From the IMG/VR virus record IMGVR_UViG_3300023174_000042, positions 1 to 64,000 of that record: a stretch of DNA of 64,000 bases, one strand, 5' to 3'. The first letter of the stretch is position 1. Each line of letters starts with the position of its first letter. The position numbers were made by a program, and so were the translations under genes. The notes under the pieces are model-generated. The model was given only the letters and a program-made list of their open reading frames with translations, was not told the origin of the DNA and did not search any database. This document shows positions 46,119 through 54,051 of this stretch, piece after piece.

Positions 46119-46702
46119 ACGTCTTCTTGTCTTGATGATACTATTTTACCCCATTTTGATTTAAATTTTTCGTAATAGGATTGTATTTTACCAATCATTT
46201 CTAAATATTGTTGATCTATTTTAACCATCTGTCCATTAACATAGATGCCATTAGGTTCATTAATTGTGTAAAAAAACTCCAAATTTAATTCTAAAATTTT
46301 TCCACTCCATTCAACATTGTCAGGAAAAACATTTAATTTGCCAAAATCAACCAACTCTGCAACTTGATTTCTAAACTCATCAACACTTTCAACAAAAGCA
46401 GTTTTTTCGTCTGTTGTTAATTGGGTATCGGCCTTTGTTTTCCCGTGTAATACGATGATGTTTCCTTGTATTCTAAACGCCTTTTGTTTGTCTCTTGGTG
46501 TTCCAATATCGTCAGAGTCTTTTGATTCTGAACTTTTTTCGGGGTCTTTTTTTGTATCGATGGTTAAATCAACCTCTTCTTCTTGTTCTAAAATTAGACC
46601 ATATTGTTTTCTGATTTCACTTTTGGAACTTTCGTTGATGTTGGCATTAAGAACTTTTCTTGATGCTTCAATCAATTTTTTTATTTCATCGTAATTATTC
46701 AT
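46115..46702 (-). CDS. leader-bearing hypothetical protein
   Basis: NINE, LILEQE sites. Confidence 0.7.
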   Translation of the reverse strand: MNNYDEIKKLIEASRKVLNANINESSKSEIRKQYGLILEQEEEVDLTIDTKKDPEKSSESKDSDDIGTPRDKQKAFRIQGNIIVLHGKTKADTQLTTDEKTAFVESVDEFRNQVAELVDFGKLNVFPDNVEWSGKILELNLEFFYTINEPNGIYVNGQMVKIDQQYLEMIGKIQSYYEKFKSKWGKIVSSRQEDV

Positions 46703-47288
46703 TTTTTAACAAATTATTAAATCTTTCAAAATCAAATGCCGGACTTACGTCTGTGGCGTATTCATCAAAGTTGGATCTTGTTATAATACCCAAGTAAGTT
46801 TCCGATCCTTTTACTTTGGTATTATGTCCTATACATTTCAAGTTTATATTATGTTTTTTTGACAACTCGATACAAAGTTTAGCTGTATTTTTCAACTGAA
46901 TTTCTGTATATGGGTGCCAAAAAAAATAATCTCTCCACTTCTTTTCTACAACTTTTTTCTTATAAATATTGCCGATCCAGTTTATGTGTTGATTTTTTAA
47001 AGGTTGTTTTTCTAACCAACCAAAATTTTCTAAAGAAATTACTATGGATTTGTAATTTATTGTGATATTATTAAAATAATTAGAATTAGTTTTATCTTCT
47101 AAAGTTTGTATAACTTTTCCATCCTGTCCTACAATGTAGTGTGGTAATTTTTGTGGTTTTCCATTATATCTTGTTTTTAAAGAAACAACATAGTCTAACA
47201 AATTTCTTGACGTATGGACCAAAACAATTTGATTTTTATTTTCAATTTTTGAGAAATTTGTTTCAAACAATTGGTCGATAATTTCCAT
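46695..47288 (-). CDS. N-acetylmuramoyl-L-alanine amidase (Amidase_2-like), probable endolysin
   Basis: IVLVHT, PHYIVGQDG, SIVISLEN, YTEIQL, IGH, DVSP. Confidence 0.75.
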   Translation of the reverse strand: MEIIDQLFETNFSKIENKNQIVLVHTSRNLLDYVVSLKTRYNGKPQKLPHYIVGQDGKVIQTLEDKTNSNYFNNITINYKSIVISLENFGWLEKQPLKNQHINWIGNIYKKKVVEKKWRDYFFWHPYTEIQLKNTAKLCIELSKKHNINLKCIGHNTKVKGSETYLGIITRSNFDEYATDVSPAFDFERFNNLLKNE

Positions 47289-47291
47289 ACT

Positions 47292-48623
47292 TTATTTTTT
47301 ATAAGATAAAACCCTTCTATTTGAATCTTTATTTTTTTTTAAAAAATTTACTTCATCTATTATATTTCCTTCTTGGTCCAAGATTTCACCGCTTTCTCTA
47401 ACATAGTAATTAACAGGAACCTCAACAATTTTTTCAACTTCTTTAATAACCTCAACAGGAACCTCAACAATTTTTTCAACTTCTTTAATAACCTCAACAG
47501 GAATTTCGCGAACAACCTCAACCAATCTATCAACAGGAACCTCACGAACAACCTCAACCAATCTATCAACAGGAACCTCAACAATTTTTTCAACTTCTTT
47601 GATAACTTCAACAGGAACCTCAACAATTTTTTCAACTTCCACAATTCTGTCAATTTCAAATGGAATTTCTATTGGAACTTCAACAATTTTTTCAATTATT
47701 TCAGGCTCAACTTGGGGGGTATCTTGGGAGTCATCTAAGGTTAAAAAACTTTCAGGAACTTCAACTTCGTCTTCTTCAAAGACTTCTTTAATAACAGGTT
47801 TAATTTCTTCATCCTCTTCTTTTCTTCTATATTTTTTAAATGCCTGATTTGTTGATATAACAAGAGCAATTGCCAATGGATCAAAAACAAATATTAAAGT
47901 TAAAATAAAAAAGTTTGCGGTTTTTTTAACATCCCATCCGGTGATTTCACTAAGATATTTAATTGCCCCCAGTTCCCCTGATTCAATCTCTTTAGATGAT
48001 ATATCCAATATTTGAATATCCAAATTGGTAATGCTGTCATTTAGATTATCAATCTTTTTACTTAAAGTGTCTCTTGATTTTTGAGCGATGTTTAATTGTT
48101 GTTGAAATGCTCTTCTATTTCCATCATTTGCCTTTGTTAAAACTTGTCCTGACCTTCTATCAATAGTTTGAGTTGTTGTGCTTGTAGAAAGGGATGTTCT
48201 TAAACTTGTGATGTCTTTATCCAACCCATTTTTTTCTTTTTGGTATTCTTTTTTAATCTCCTCAAATCTTTGTTTCTTTACTTCAATATTTTTAATTTTT
48301 TTATTGTTGATTTCAAGACCAGCAATACTCTTTTGAAACCCTGTTGCCAAAAGTCCATAAATACCGATTGAAGTCAAAATTGATAACGTGACAAGAGCAA
48401 TGGTTAAATATAACTTTAATACACCATATATCTTGTTCCAAGCGTCATGAAGATAAGTGGCAATTGATATTTTAGAAATCTCCAAAAAAGATCCCATAAT
48501 GATTACAGGTATTGAAACTCCTGAAAAAATAATTGAAAGTCCGTATACACTATAATATGCTGCCGTTCCCGATAGTCCAAGTGCACAAAACAATAATAAC
48601 CAAGGTAAAAATTTACTATTCAT
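47292..48623 (-). CDS. multi-TM coiled-coil protein with VEVP/KEVEK repeats
   Basis: Three N-terminal TMs, coiled coil, fourth TM, alveolin-like repeats; TATTTATA at 48640-48647. Confidence 0.75.
   Translation of the reverse strand: MNSKFLPWLLLFCALGLSGTAAYYSVYGLSIIFSGVSIPVIIMGSFLEISKISIATYLHDAWNKIYGVLKLYLTIALVTLSILTSIGIYGLLATGFQKSIAGLEINNKKIKNIEVKKQRFEEIKKEYQKEKNGLDKDITSLRTSLSTSTTTQTIDRRSGQVLTKANDGNRRAFQQQLNIAQKSRDTLSKKIDNLNDSITNLDIQILDISSKEIESGELGAIKYLSEITGWDVKKTANFFILTLIFVFDPLAIALVISTNQAFKKYRRKEEDEEIKPVIKEVFEEDEVEVPESFLTLDDSQDTPQVEPEIIEKIVEVPIEIPFEIDRIVEVEKIVEVPVEVIKEVEKIVEVPVDRLVEVVREVPVDRLVEVVREIPVEVIKEVEKIVEVPVEVIKEVEKIVEVPVNYYVRESGEILDQEGNIIDEVNFLKKNKDSNRRVLSYKK
47410..47700 (-). repeat. 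coding tandem repeats: 42-bp (VEVIKEVEKIVEVP) x3 and 36-bp (VDRLVEVVRE[V/I]P) x2
   Basis: Near-identical DNA units visible directly. Confidence 0.9.
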
Positions 48624-48689
48624 TTAAATTCTTCTTAAATATAAATATCAAAATAACTAAATAGATTGAAAATATAAACTCTATAACAA

Positions 48690-48888
48690 ATAAAACCCCC
48701 CACCGATATCAGTGGGGGAGTGTAGTTTCATCTCACCATATAGATAAGATTGAGGATTTTCACCTTGAGAACCTCGTGTCTCATTCCGCCGAGTTGTTAG
48801 GGTAATCTCGGTTCAACCCTTTTTTTTCGGTCCAATTCTAAAAATTCAAACCCGACAAACTTAATTGATTATATCTATCGTCGTTTAT
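48690..48888 (-). ncRNA. candidate structured non-coding RNA B with two potential H-type pseudoknots
   Basis: Consensus promoter upstream, terminator downstream, no ORF over 18 codons seen; core related to element A. Confidence 0.45.
48692..48718 (-). terminator. intrinsic terminator
   Basis: CCCCCAC...GTGGGGG stem plus U tract on the minus strand. Confidence 0.75.
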
Positions 48889-48892
48889 TATA

Positions 48893-48923
48893 CAAAGATA
48901 AAACAAATATTTAATTTACCAAA
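48893..48923 (-). promoter_or_regulatory. Bacteroidota sigma70-type promoter
   Basis: TTTGG-N18-TATCTTTG. Confidence 0.75.
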
Positions 48924-48929
48924 ACTTTT

Positions 48930-49730
48930 TTATAAATAATCGAATAATTCTGAAGAATCATTTCTAAGTCTTCGAAGGGCCTTTTCTTTGATTTGTCGAA
49001 CACGTTCTTTGGTTAGACCAAAATCAGATCCAATATCTTCTAAAGTTCTTGGAGTTCCAGTAAGTCCAAAATAATCACCAACAATCGACTTTTCACGATC
49101 ATCCAAAACATCCAAAAGTTTTAATAATTTGTCTTTAAGAATGTCTTTTGTATCAAATATCGCGTCCGGAAGTTCGGCATCCTTATTTGCGATCATATCC
49201 AACAAAGTATCACCATCTTCATTTATATTCATATCAAGATCAATCATAGATGGAAGAGAAGCAAACTTATCTTCAAGTTTTTTTCCGGTTTGCTCAACCT
49301 CTTTTTTTGCCTTATGAAGATCCTGAACCACATTAACGGGAAGACGAATTGTTCTTGAGTTATCATTTAACGATTGGATGATAGATTGTTTTACCCACCA
49401 TACCGCATATGATATAAATCTCAAATCTTTGTTCCAATCAAAGTTTTTAATTGCCTTCATTAAACCCAAATTTCCTTCAGCAATCAAGTCAGATAAATCA
49501 AGTCCCTGATTTTGATATTGTTTTGCCACCGTAATTACAAAACGAAGATTTCCTGTTAAAAGTTCTTCTTCAACTTTTTGTTTTTCTTTTAGTTCAATAT
49601 TATCAGACTTCATTTTTACCGCCAGTTCGCGTTCTCTTTCTGCGGTCATTACCTTAATTTTTCGAATATCTTTAAGGTAGTGATAAATTTCATCCTGATT
49701 AATTGGGGATCCTGCGCTTTTTTCTTTCAT
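48930..49730 (-). CDS. rpoD: RpoD-like sigma70 factor lacking region 1.1
   Basis: YLKDI (1.2), NLRFVITVAKQY, DLIAEGNLGL, RFISYAVWW, RTIRLP, region 4 TLEDIG..FGLTKERVRQI. Confidence 0.9.
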   Translation of the reverse strand: MKEKSAGSPINQDEIYHYLKDIRKIKVMTAERERELAVKMKSDNIELKEKQKVEEELLTGNLRFVITVAKQYQNQGLDLSDLIAEGNLGLMKAIKNFDWNKDLRFISYAVWWVKQSIIQSLNDNSRTIRLPVNVVQDLHKAKKEVEQTGKKLEDKFASLPSMIDLDMNINEDGDTLLDMIANKDAELPDAIFDTKDILKDKLLKLLDVLDDREKSIVGDYFGLTGTPRTLEDIGSDFGLTKERVRQIKEKALRRLRNDSSELFDYL

Positions 49731-49739
49731 ATATTATAT

Positions 49740-50276
49740 TTAAATTGTTTTTGAGTATTCTTCTAACTTTTGTTTTTCTAAATCAGTTAAGGAGTTCATA
49801 CCTTTTTCGATAATCTTATCAAGCAATTCGTCCAAAGTCATATTACAGGTCAAAGGTTGTTTGAAGTGGTTAATAATCTCTGTGTATTGTTCAAATGGAT
49901 TAACGAACTTTCGTCTTTTATTAAAACTTTCTTTTAACTGGTTTGTGTCATCAATATTATTGTTTTTTGGTGAAGTCTTTTTTAAGGTCATTAGATGATC
50001 TAAATTTTCTTGACCAAAGTTTGATGCGTAATCCTTAGACTTTTTTGTAACAAAATATTCAAAGTTTCCAACCTCCTCAGAGATAAACAAAATAACATCA
50101 CTAACGTCTTGAAATTCTCCTTTGTATCCGAAATGAAATACCGCATGTGTTGGTCCATACATAAATTTTACTTGACCGCTTGTCATGTGTTCGGCAATTT
50201 TTGTTCCAATTTCTTGTGTTTTTTTCTCGGCGTTTTTTACAGTTTTATCAAAGTAAGCAAAAAGTAAGTAATTCAT
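49740..50276 (-). CDS. hypothetical protein with C-terminal DUF6576-like motif
   Basis: LDELLDKIIEKGMNSLTDLEKQKL. Confidence 0.6.
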   Translation of the reverse strand: MNYLLFAYFDKTVKNAEKKTQEIGTKIAEHMTSGQVKFMYGPTHAVFHFGYKGEFQDVSDVILFISEEVGNFEYFVTKKSKDYASNFGQENLDHLMTLKKTSPKNNNIDDTNQLKESFNKRRKFVNPFEQYTEIINHFKQPLTCNMTLDELLDKIIEKGMNSLTDLEKQKLEEYSKTI

Positions 50277-50300
50277 ATGTTTATGTTTTTAATTGTTTCT

Positions 50301-50340
50301 ACAAATATAAGGATAAAATTGGGATTTGTTACAAGTTTTT
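50301..50340 (-). repeat. 40-bp direct repeat copy 1 (contains TATATTTG)
   Basis: 35/40 identical to 54012-54051. Confidence 0.85.
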
Positions 50341-50473
50341 TAAAAAAAATACACAAATGACTAATTGTGAATTTAATATATACTCCCAACTTCAACTTCC
50401 ATGATAGATTACAATGTAACTACCTTTACCCATTTCCCATGTCTTGAATGTTTGTGTGATATACAAATATGAA

Positions 50474-51928
50474 TTAACATAATTTATATATATTTTCATA
50501 CTTAAATACTTTAGTACGATATACAGTATTAATAGAATGAATTGTACGTATATAAAAATCCTTATCGAAATTTGTATCAGTATTTAAATAGAAATCCTCC
50601 GAGTCAATCATATTTATGTTAGAAATAACAATATTTTTACAAATATTTTCACAATCATTCACCTTATTAATTCTCGATAATGAATGATCTGTAAATATAT
50701 CACAACCTTTTTCTTCTTGTTGTATAAAAATATATTTTCTATTAACATTTTGTAATTTATCGGATTCAACTAATCCGTGATATGTTGAGTTTGACCCCGC
50801 ACACCAATCAAGAATAATATCACCATCGTTAGTGAATGATGTAATAATGTCCCTCATTAATATAATTGATTTAGGAGTGTTAAACGTTTTTTCACCGTAT
50901 AGTTTCTTCAACACATCAGTTGCCTGTGTATTTCCATATTCAGTTTTATCCATAATGGTCTTCATAGGTTGGAATGTTTTTACTTTTTCCATGTAGTTGA
51001 TAACACCGTTATTTTCATGTAAAACATCATATGGTTTATTTTTATTTAAAATAGTCTCATATGTTGGTACCCATCTACCCCACTTTTCTCCATATTTTGG
51101 AAATATTACTTTATGAGTTTTAGAGTATTTCTCCTCAATATTTTTAACATATTCACTAATTTTATTATTCATATCATCAGTGTATATTTTTGTTTTACTG
51201 TAGTCTTTACAGACATTATTAACAAACTTTTTTAGTAAAAGATATTCATTCTTACTTATTGTTGAGATTTTATTAGTTCCTTTTTCAATTAAGAATGGGT
51301 AAAATTGTCCTTGTCTATCGCAAACTAACTTTGCATTATATGCCAACAGACTTCTAGGTTTTACGTCTTTACCCTTGTCTTTACTTTCATTCAAAACACC
51401 TTCACCATATTCAAGTAAATTAATATTTTTAGCACAAACCACTAAATATTCATTAGTCGTTACTAAATCTTTTTTATTCCTTCTTCCACCACCACCTCTA
51501 TTTGACACAACAGTTGCAGTTGTTAATACATTTTTTTCACCAAAAACATCAACACATAAATTTTCCAAATTTCTTTTCTCATTGTGATCAATAGAAATAA
51601 CCATAACCCCATTATCGGAAAGTAGTTCTCTAACAATAATTAATCTAGGTAACATCCAAGAAATCCAATCTGAATGATAATTTAATGAATCGGTAGTATT
51701 AAATGTATCATTATAAATGAAATCCTCATTTCCGGTGTTATAAGGTACATCAGCATATGCTAATTTTATTTTTCCCTTATAAATGGAACTTAACCCTATT
51801 AATGATTGTAAATTATCACCTTTAACACCTAAAACATCAAATTCATCACTAAAATTAATGTTTGGAATTTTAACACCGTCTAAAATTTCTTTGTACTCGT
51901 TTGGTACTGTATTTTTATAAACTACCAT
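50474..51928 (-). CDS. mod: type III Mod-like DNA methyltransferase with variant motifs
   Basis: GDNL..L, YADVPYNTG (DPPY variant), SWMLPRL, ISID, FNTPKS, ILDWCAGSNST (DFFAGSGTT variant). Confidence 0.75.
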   Translation of the reverse strand: MVVYKNTVPNEYKEILDGVKIPNINFSDEFDVLGVKGDNLQSLIGLSSIYKGKIKLAYADVPYNTGNEDFIYNDTFNTTDSLNYHSDWISWMLPRLIIVRELLSDNGVMVISIDHNEKRNLENLCVDVFGEKNVLTTATVVSNRGGGGRRNKKDLVTTNEYLVVCAKNINLLEYGEGVLNESKDKGKDVKPRSLLAYNAKLVCDRQGQFYPFLIEKGTNKISTISKNEYLLLKKFVNNVCKDYSKTKIYTDDMNNKISEYVKNIEEKYSKTHKVIFPKYGEKWGRWVPTYETILNKNKPYDVLHENNGVINYMEKVKTFQPMKTIMDKTEYGNTQATDVLKKLYGEKTFNTPKSIILMRDIITSFTNDGDIILDWCAGSNSTYHGLVESDKLQNVNRKYIFIQQEEKGCDIFTDHSLSRINKVNDCENICKNIVISNINMIDSEDFYLNTDTNFDKDFYIRTIHSINTVYRTKVFKYENIYKLC

Positions 51929-53990
51929 ATCTTTGATTTATATTAATCCAACATTTATTATTAAGAAAACTACTTTCTTCGTATTCATCTTTCAACAAAG
52001 TTACTAAATTTTCTTGATTATTTATAACAACTAACATGTAATTATTAGGAACTCCTTCAGATTTAATAAATTTTTCCTTTTCTGAAATCATATTCCATGA
52101 AGTAATCTCCACAAACAATATTCTACCATTGTAACTAATTATATAGTCAGGCGAGTGGTTAACATCATATTCTGGAATATAAAATGAAATACCACCTTGA
52201 TTAGTTCTAGGATTTTGGAAAACCCAATCTGTTTTTTTTCGACTAATAATCTCATCAAAAAATTTAAGTTCACCCTTAGAATCAAAATAAACTTTATTGT
52301 CACAATCAGAATATAAAACTTTATCATAAAAAAGAGTATCTTCATCCATATATTTAACAATATTAGATTTATGACGAAGTATTTCTTTAGGAAAAATATA
52401 TTCTTTAGAACCACAAACTTTATAAGTTTTATTTATCTTTTTAAATTCGTCTAAAGTTTTTTTTACTAATTCACGTACTTTTAAATTTTTAGCAACATCA
52501 ACAACCAATTGTTTTTTATTAATACCTAATTTACTTAAGAAATAATTAAAAGACCCTTCAAGTATTGTGTTGTAATTATTCTCAAATCTATCAACAAAAT
52601 CAATCGCATCACATAAACTAATTTTATCAAAGAAATTTTTCTCAGAGTCTTTTTCCACATTATTAATTGTATCACCAGATAATAGATTATCAGTTATATA
52701 ATACATAGTTGTTAAAGTGTAAATTTGGTTTCTAATATTATTATAATTTATACCAAGTAATATTTTATCAATATTTTTAAAATTCTTATTAACATTAACC
52801 GTTTCAACGATAGGTTTAATAATTTTAACTTCGTCAATTTTTAAAGGGTTCTTTAATTCATAGACGGTTTTTTCTTGATTTAATATTTCTTTCATCATGT
52901 ATGATGGTAAGATAAAATCATCTTTAATAAAAAGAAAAACGGTATCCTGTACTTCATTTTCAACTTCAGATCCATTAAAAGTCCTTTTTGCTCTACCAAT
53001 AATTTGTATCTTTTGTTTTTCTGCCGATTTGGGTAAATTCCTCATTAACGCCAAGATACTAATTGATGGGCAATCAAACCCAATAGTTCCTGCGTATTTA
53101 GTTAAAATGATTTTATATTTATGTTTAGTGTTTTCACTAATCTCTTTAGTAAATGTTTCATACCCGTCAACATTATCTGACTTACCAACAACACTCAAGT
53201 CAAAAATTTCATCTTCTTTTATACCCCTTAATCTACATACATCATGTATAATTTTTTTCATTACTTTAAAATCTGAACCTTTTTCACATACAAATTGGGC
53301 CGTAACGGTATTACCATTGTAGAAAGGTTCAATCTCAAATAATTTATTTATTACGTCGTTAACAGTTTCATAATCATCAGTGTGACCTAATCGTAATAAC
53401 ATGATATTATTTTTAACACGTTTAGTTTTTTTAACTTCAACATCATCCATTACAAATATTTTATCATATTCAATATTTAAATCGGGTGTTGCGGAAAAAT
53501 GAAGTTCTAAGGTATTAATAGGTAATTTTTTAATTATTTTAACAGTCTCATTATTTTTATCGGTCACAAAAATACCTGATTCATCAATTGATAATATAAT
53601 ATTATAACCAATTTGACTATACTCATGTAAAAGAGTTAAAACACCTTTATCGTCACCATCAAGATGAAGTTTAGAACTTTCAGAATTAATAGAAGCGTGA
53701 GTATCAACAATACTAATTACATTCTGTAAAGGTTTTACATCTCTAAATTCACTAAACGTATATGATGTCACACCTAATTTACTTTGATTATGTTTTATAC
53801 GTAATGACACATTTTTAGATGGTGATAAAGTAATAAACAAAATTTTACCACCATTAATATATTTGGGTAAGTAACTAATTAAAGTTGTTTTACCACAACC
53901 AGTTCCCCCTTGGAATAATACTCTTATGGGTGATCCGTTGTTATCATTAACAAATTTAAGAAATTCTTTAGGTGTTTTAGTTAAATTCAT
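51915..53990 (-). CDS. res: type III Res-like SF2 helicase-endonuclease
   Basis: GGTGCGKT, IDESG, FSATP, GFDCPSI, QIIGRAKR; C-terminal SPDY...FVEIT. Confidence 0.7.
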   Translation of the reverse strand: MNLTKTPKEFLKFVNDNNGSPIRVLFQGGTGCGKTTLISYLPKYINGGKILFITLSPSKNVSLRIKHNQSKLGVTSYTFSEFRDVKPLQNVISIVDTHASINSESSKLHLDGDDKGVLTLLHEYSQIGYNIILSIDESGIFVTDKNNETVKIIKKLPINTLELHFSATPDLNIEYDKIFVMDDVEVKKTKRVKNNIMLLRLGHTDDYETVNDVINKLFEIEPFYNGNTVTAQFVCEKGSDFKVMKKIIHDVCRLRGIKEDEIFDLSVVGKSDNVDGYETFTKEISENTKHKYKIILTKYAGTIGFDCPSISILALMRNLPKSAEKQKIQIIGRAKRTFNGSEVENEVQDTVFLFIKDDFILPSYMMKEILNQEKTVYELKNPLKIDEVKIIKPIVETVNVNKNFKNIDKILLGINYNNIRNQIYTLTTMYYITDNLLSGDTINNVEKDSEKNFFDKISLCDAIDFVDRFENNYNTILEGSFNYFLSKLGINKKQLVVDVAKNLKVRELVKKTLDEFKKINKTYKVCGSKEYIFPKEILRHKSNIVKYMDEDTLFYDKVLYSDCDNKVYFDSKGELKFFDEIISRKKTDWVFQNPRTNQGGISFYIPEYDVNHSPDYIISYNGRILFVEITSWNMISEKEKFIKSEGVPNNYMLVVINNQENLVTLLKDEYEESSFLNNKCWININQRYGSL

Positions 53991-54011
53991 GGTATTACGT
54001 TTTTTATTAAA

Positions 54012-54051
54012 ACAAATATACGAATAAAGTTGAGATTTGTTTCAAGTTTTT
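54012..54051 (-). repeat. 40-bp direct repeat copy 2 (contains TATATTTG)
   Basis: 35/40 identical to 50301-50340. Confidence 0.85.

Noticed and set aside
48752-48782. preQ1-I riboswitch (GAGGUUCU...CCUC)
   Set aside because: Lacks the A-rich 3' tail and has no downstream queuosine gene.
48800-48825. tRNA (GGTTCAA T-loop-like string) or tmRNA
   Set aside because: No T-stem or cloverleaf; the element is ~200 nt with no tRNA-like ends or recognisable tag peptide.
50345-50470. Short open frame after mod (...TFKTWEMGKGSYIVIYHGS)
   Set aside because: No convincing start or length; at most a remnant at the cassette edge.
51480-51500. Phase-variable simple repeat in mod (GGT x3)
   Set aside because: Too short and in frame (RGGGG); not a slippage tract.
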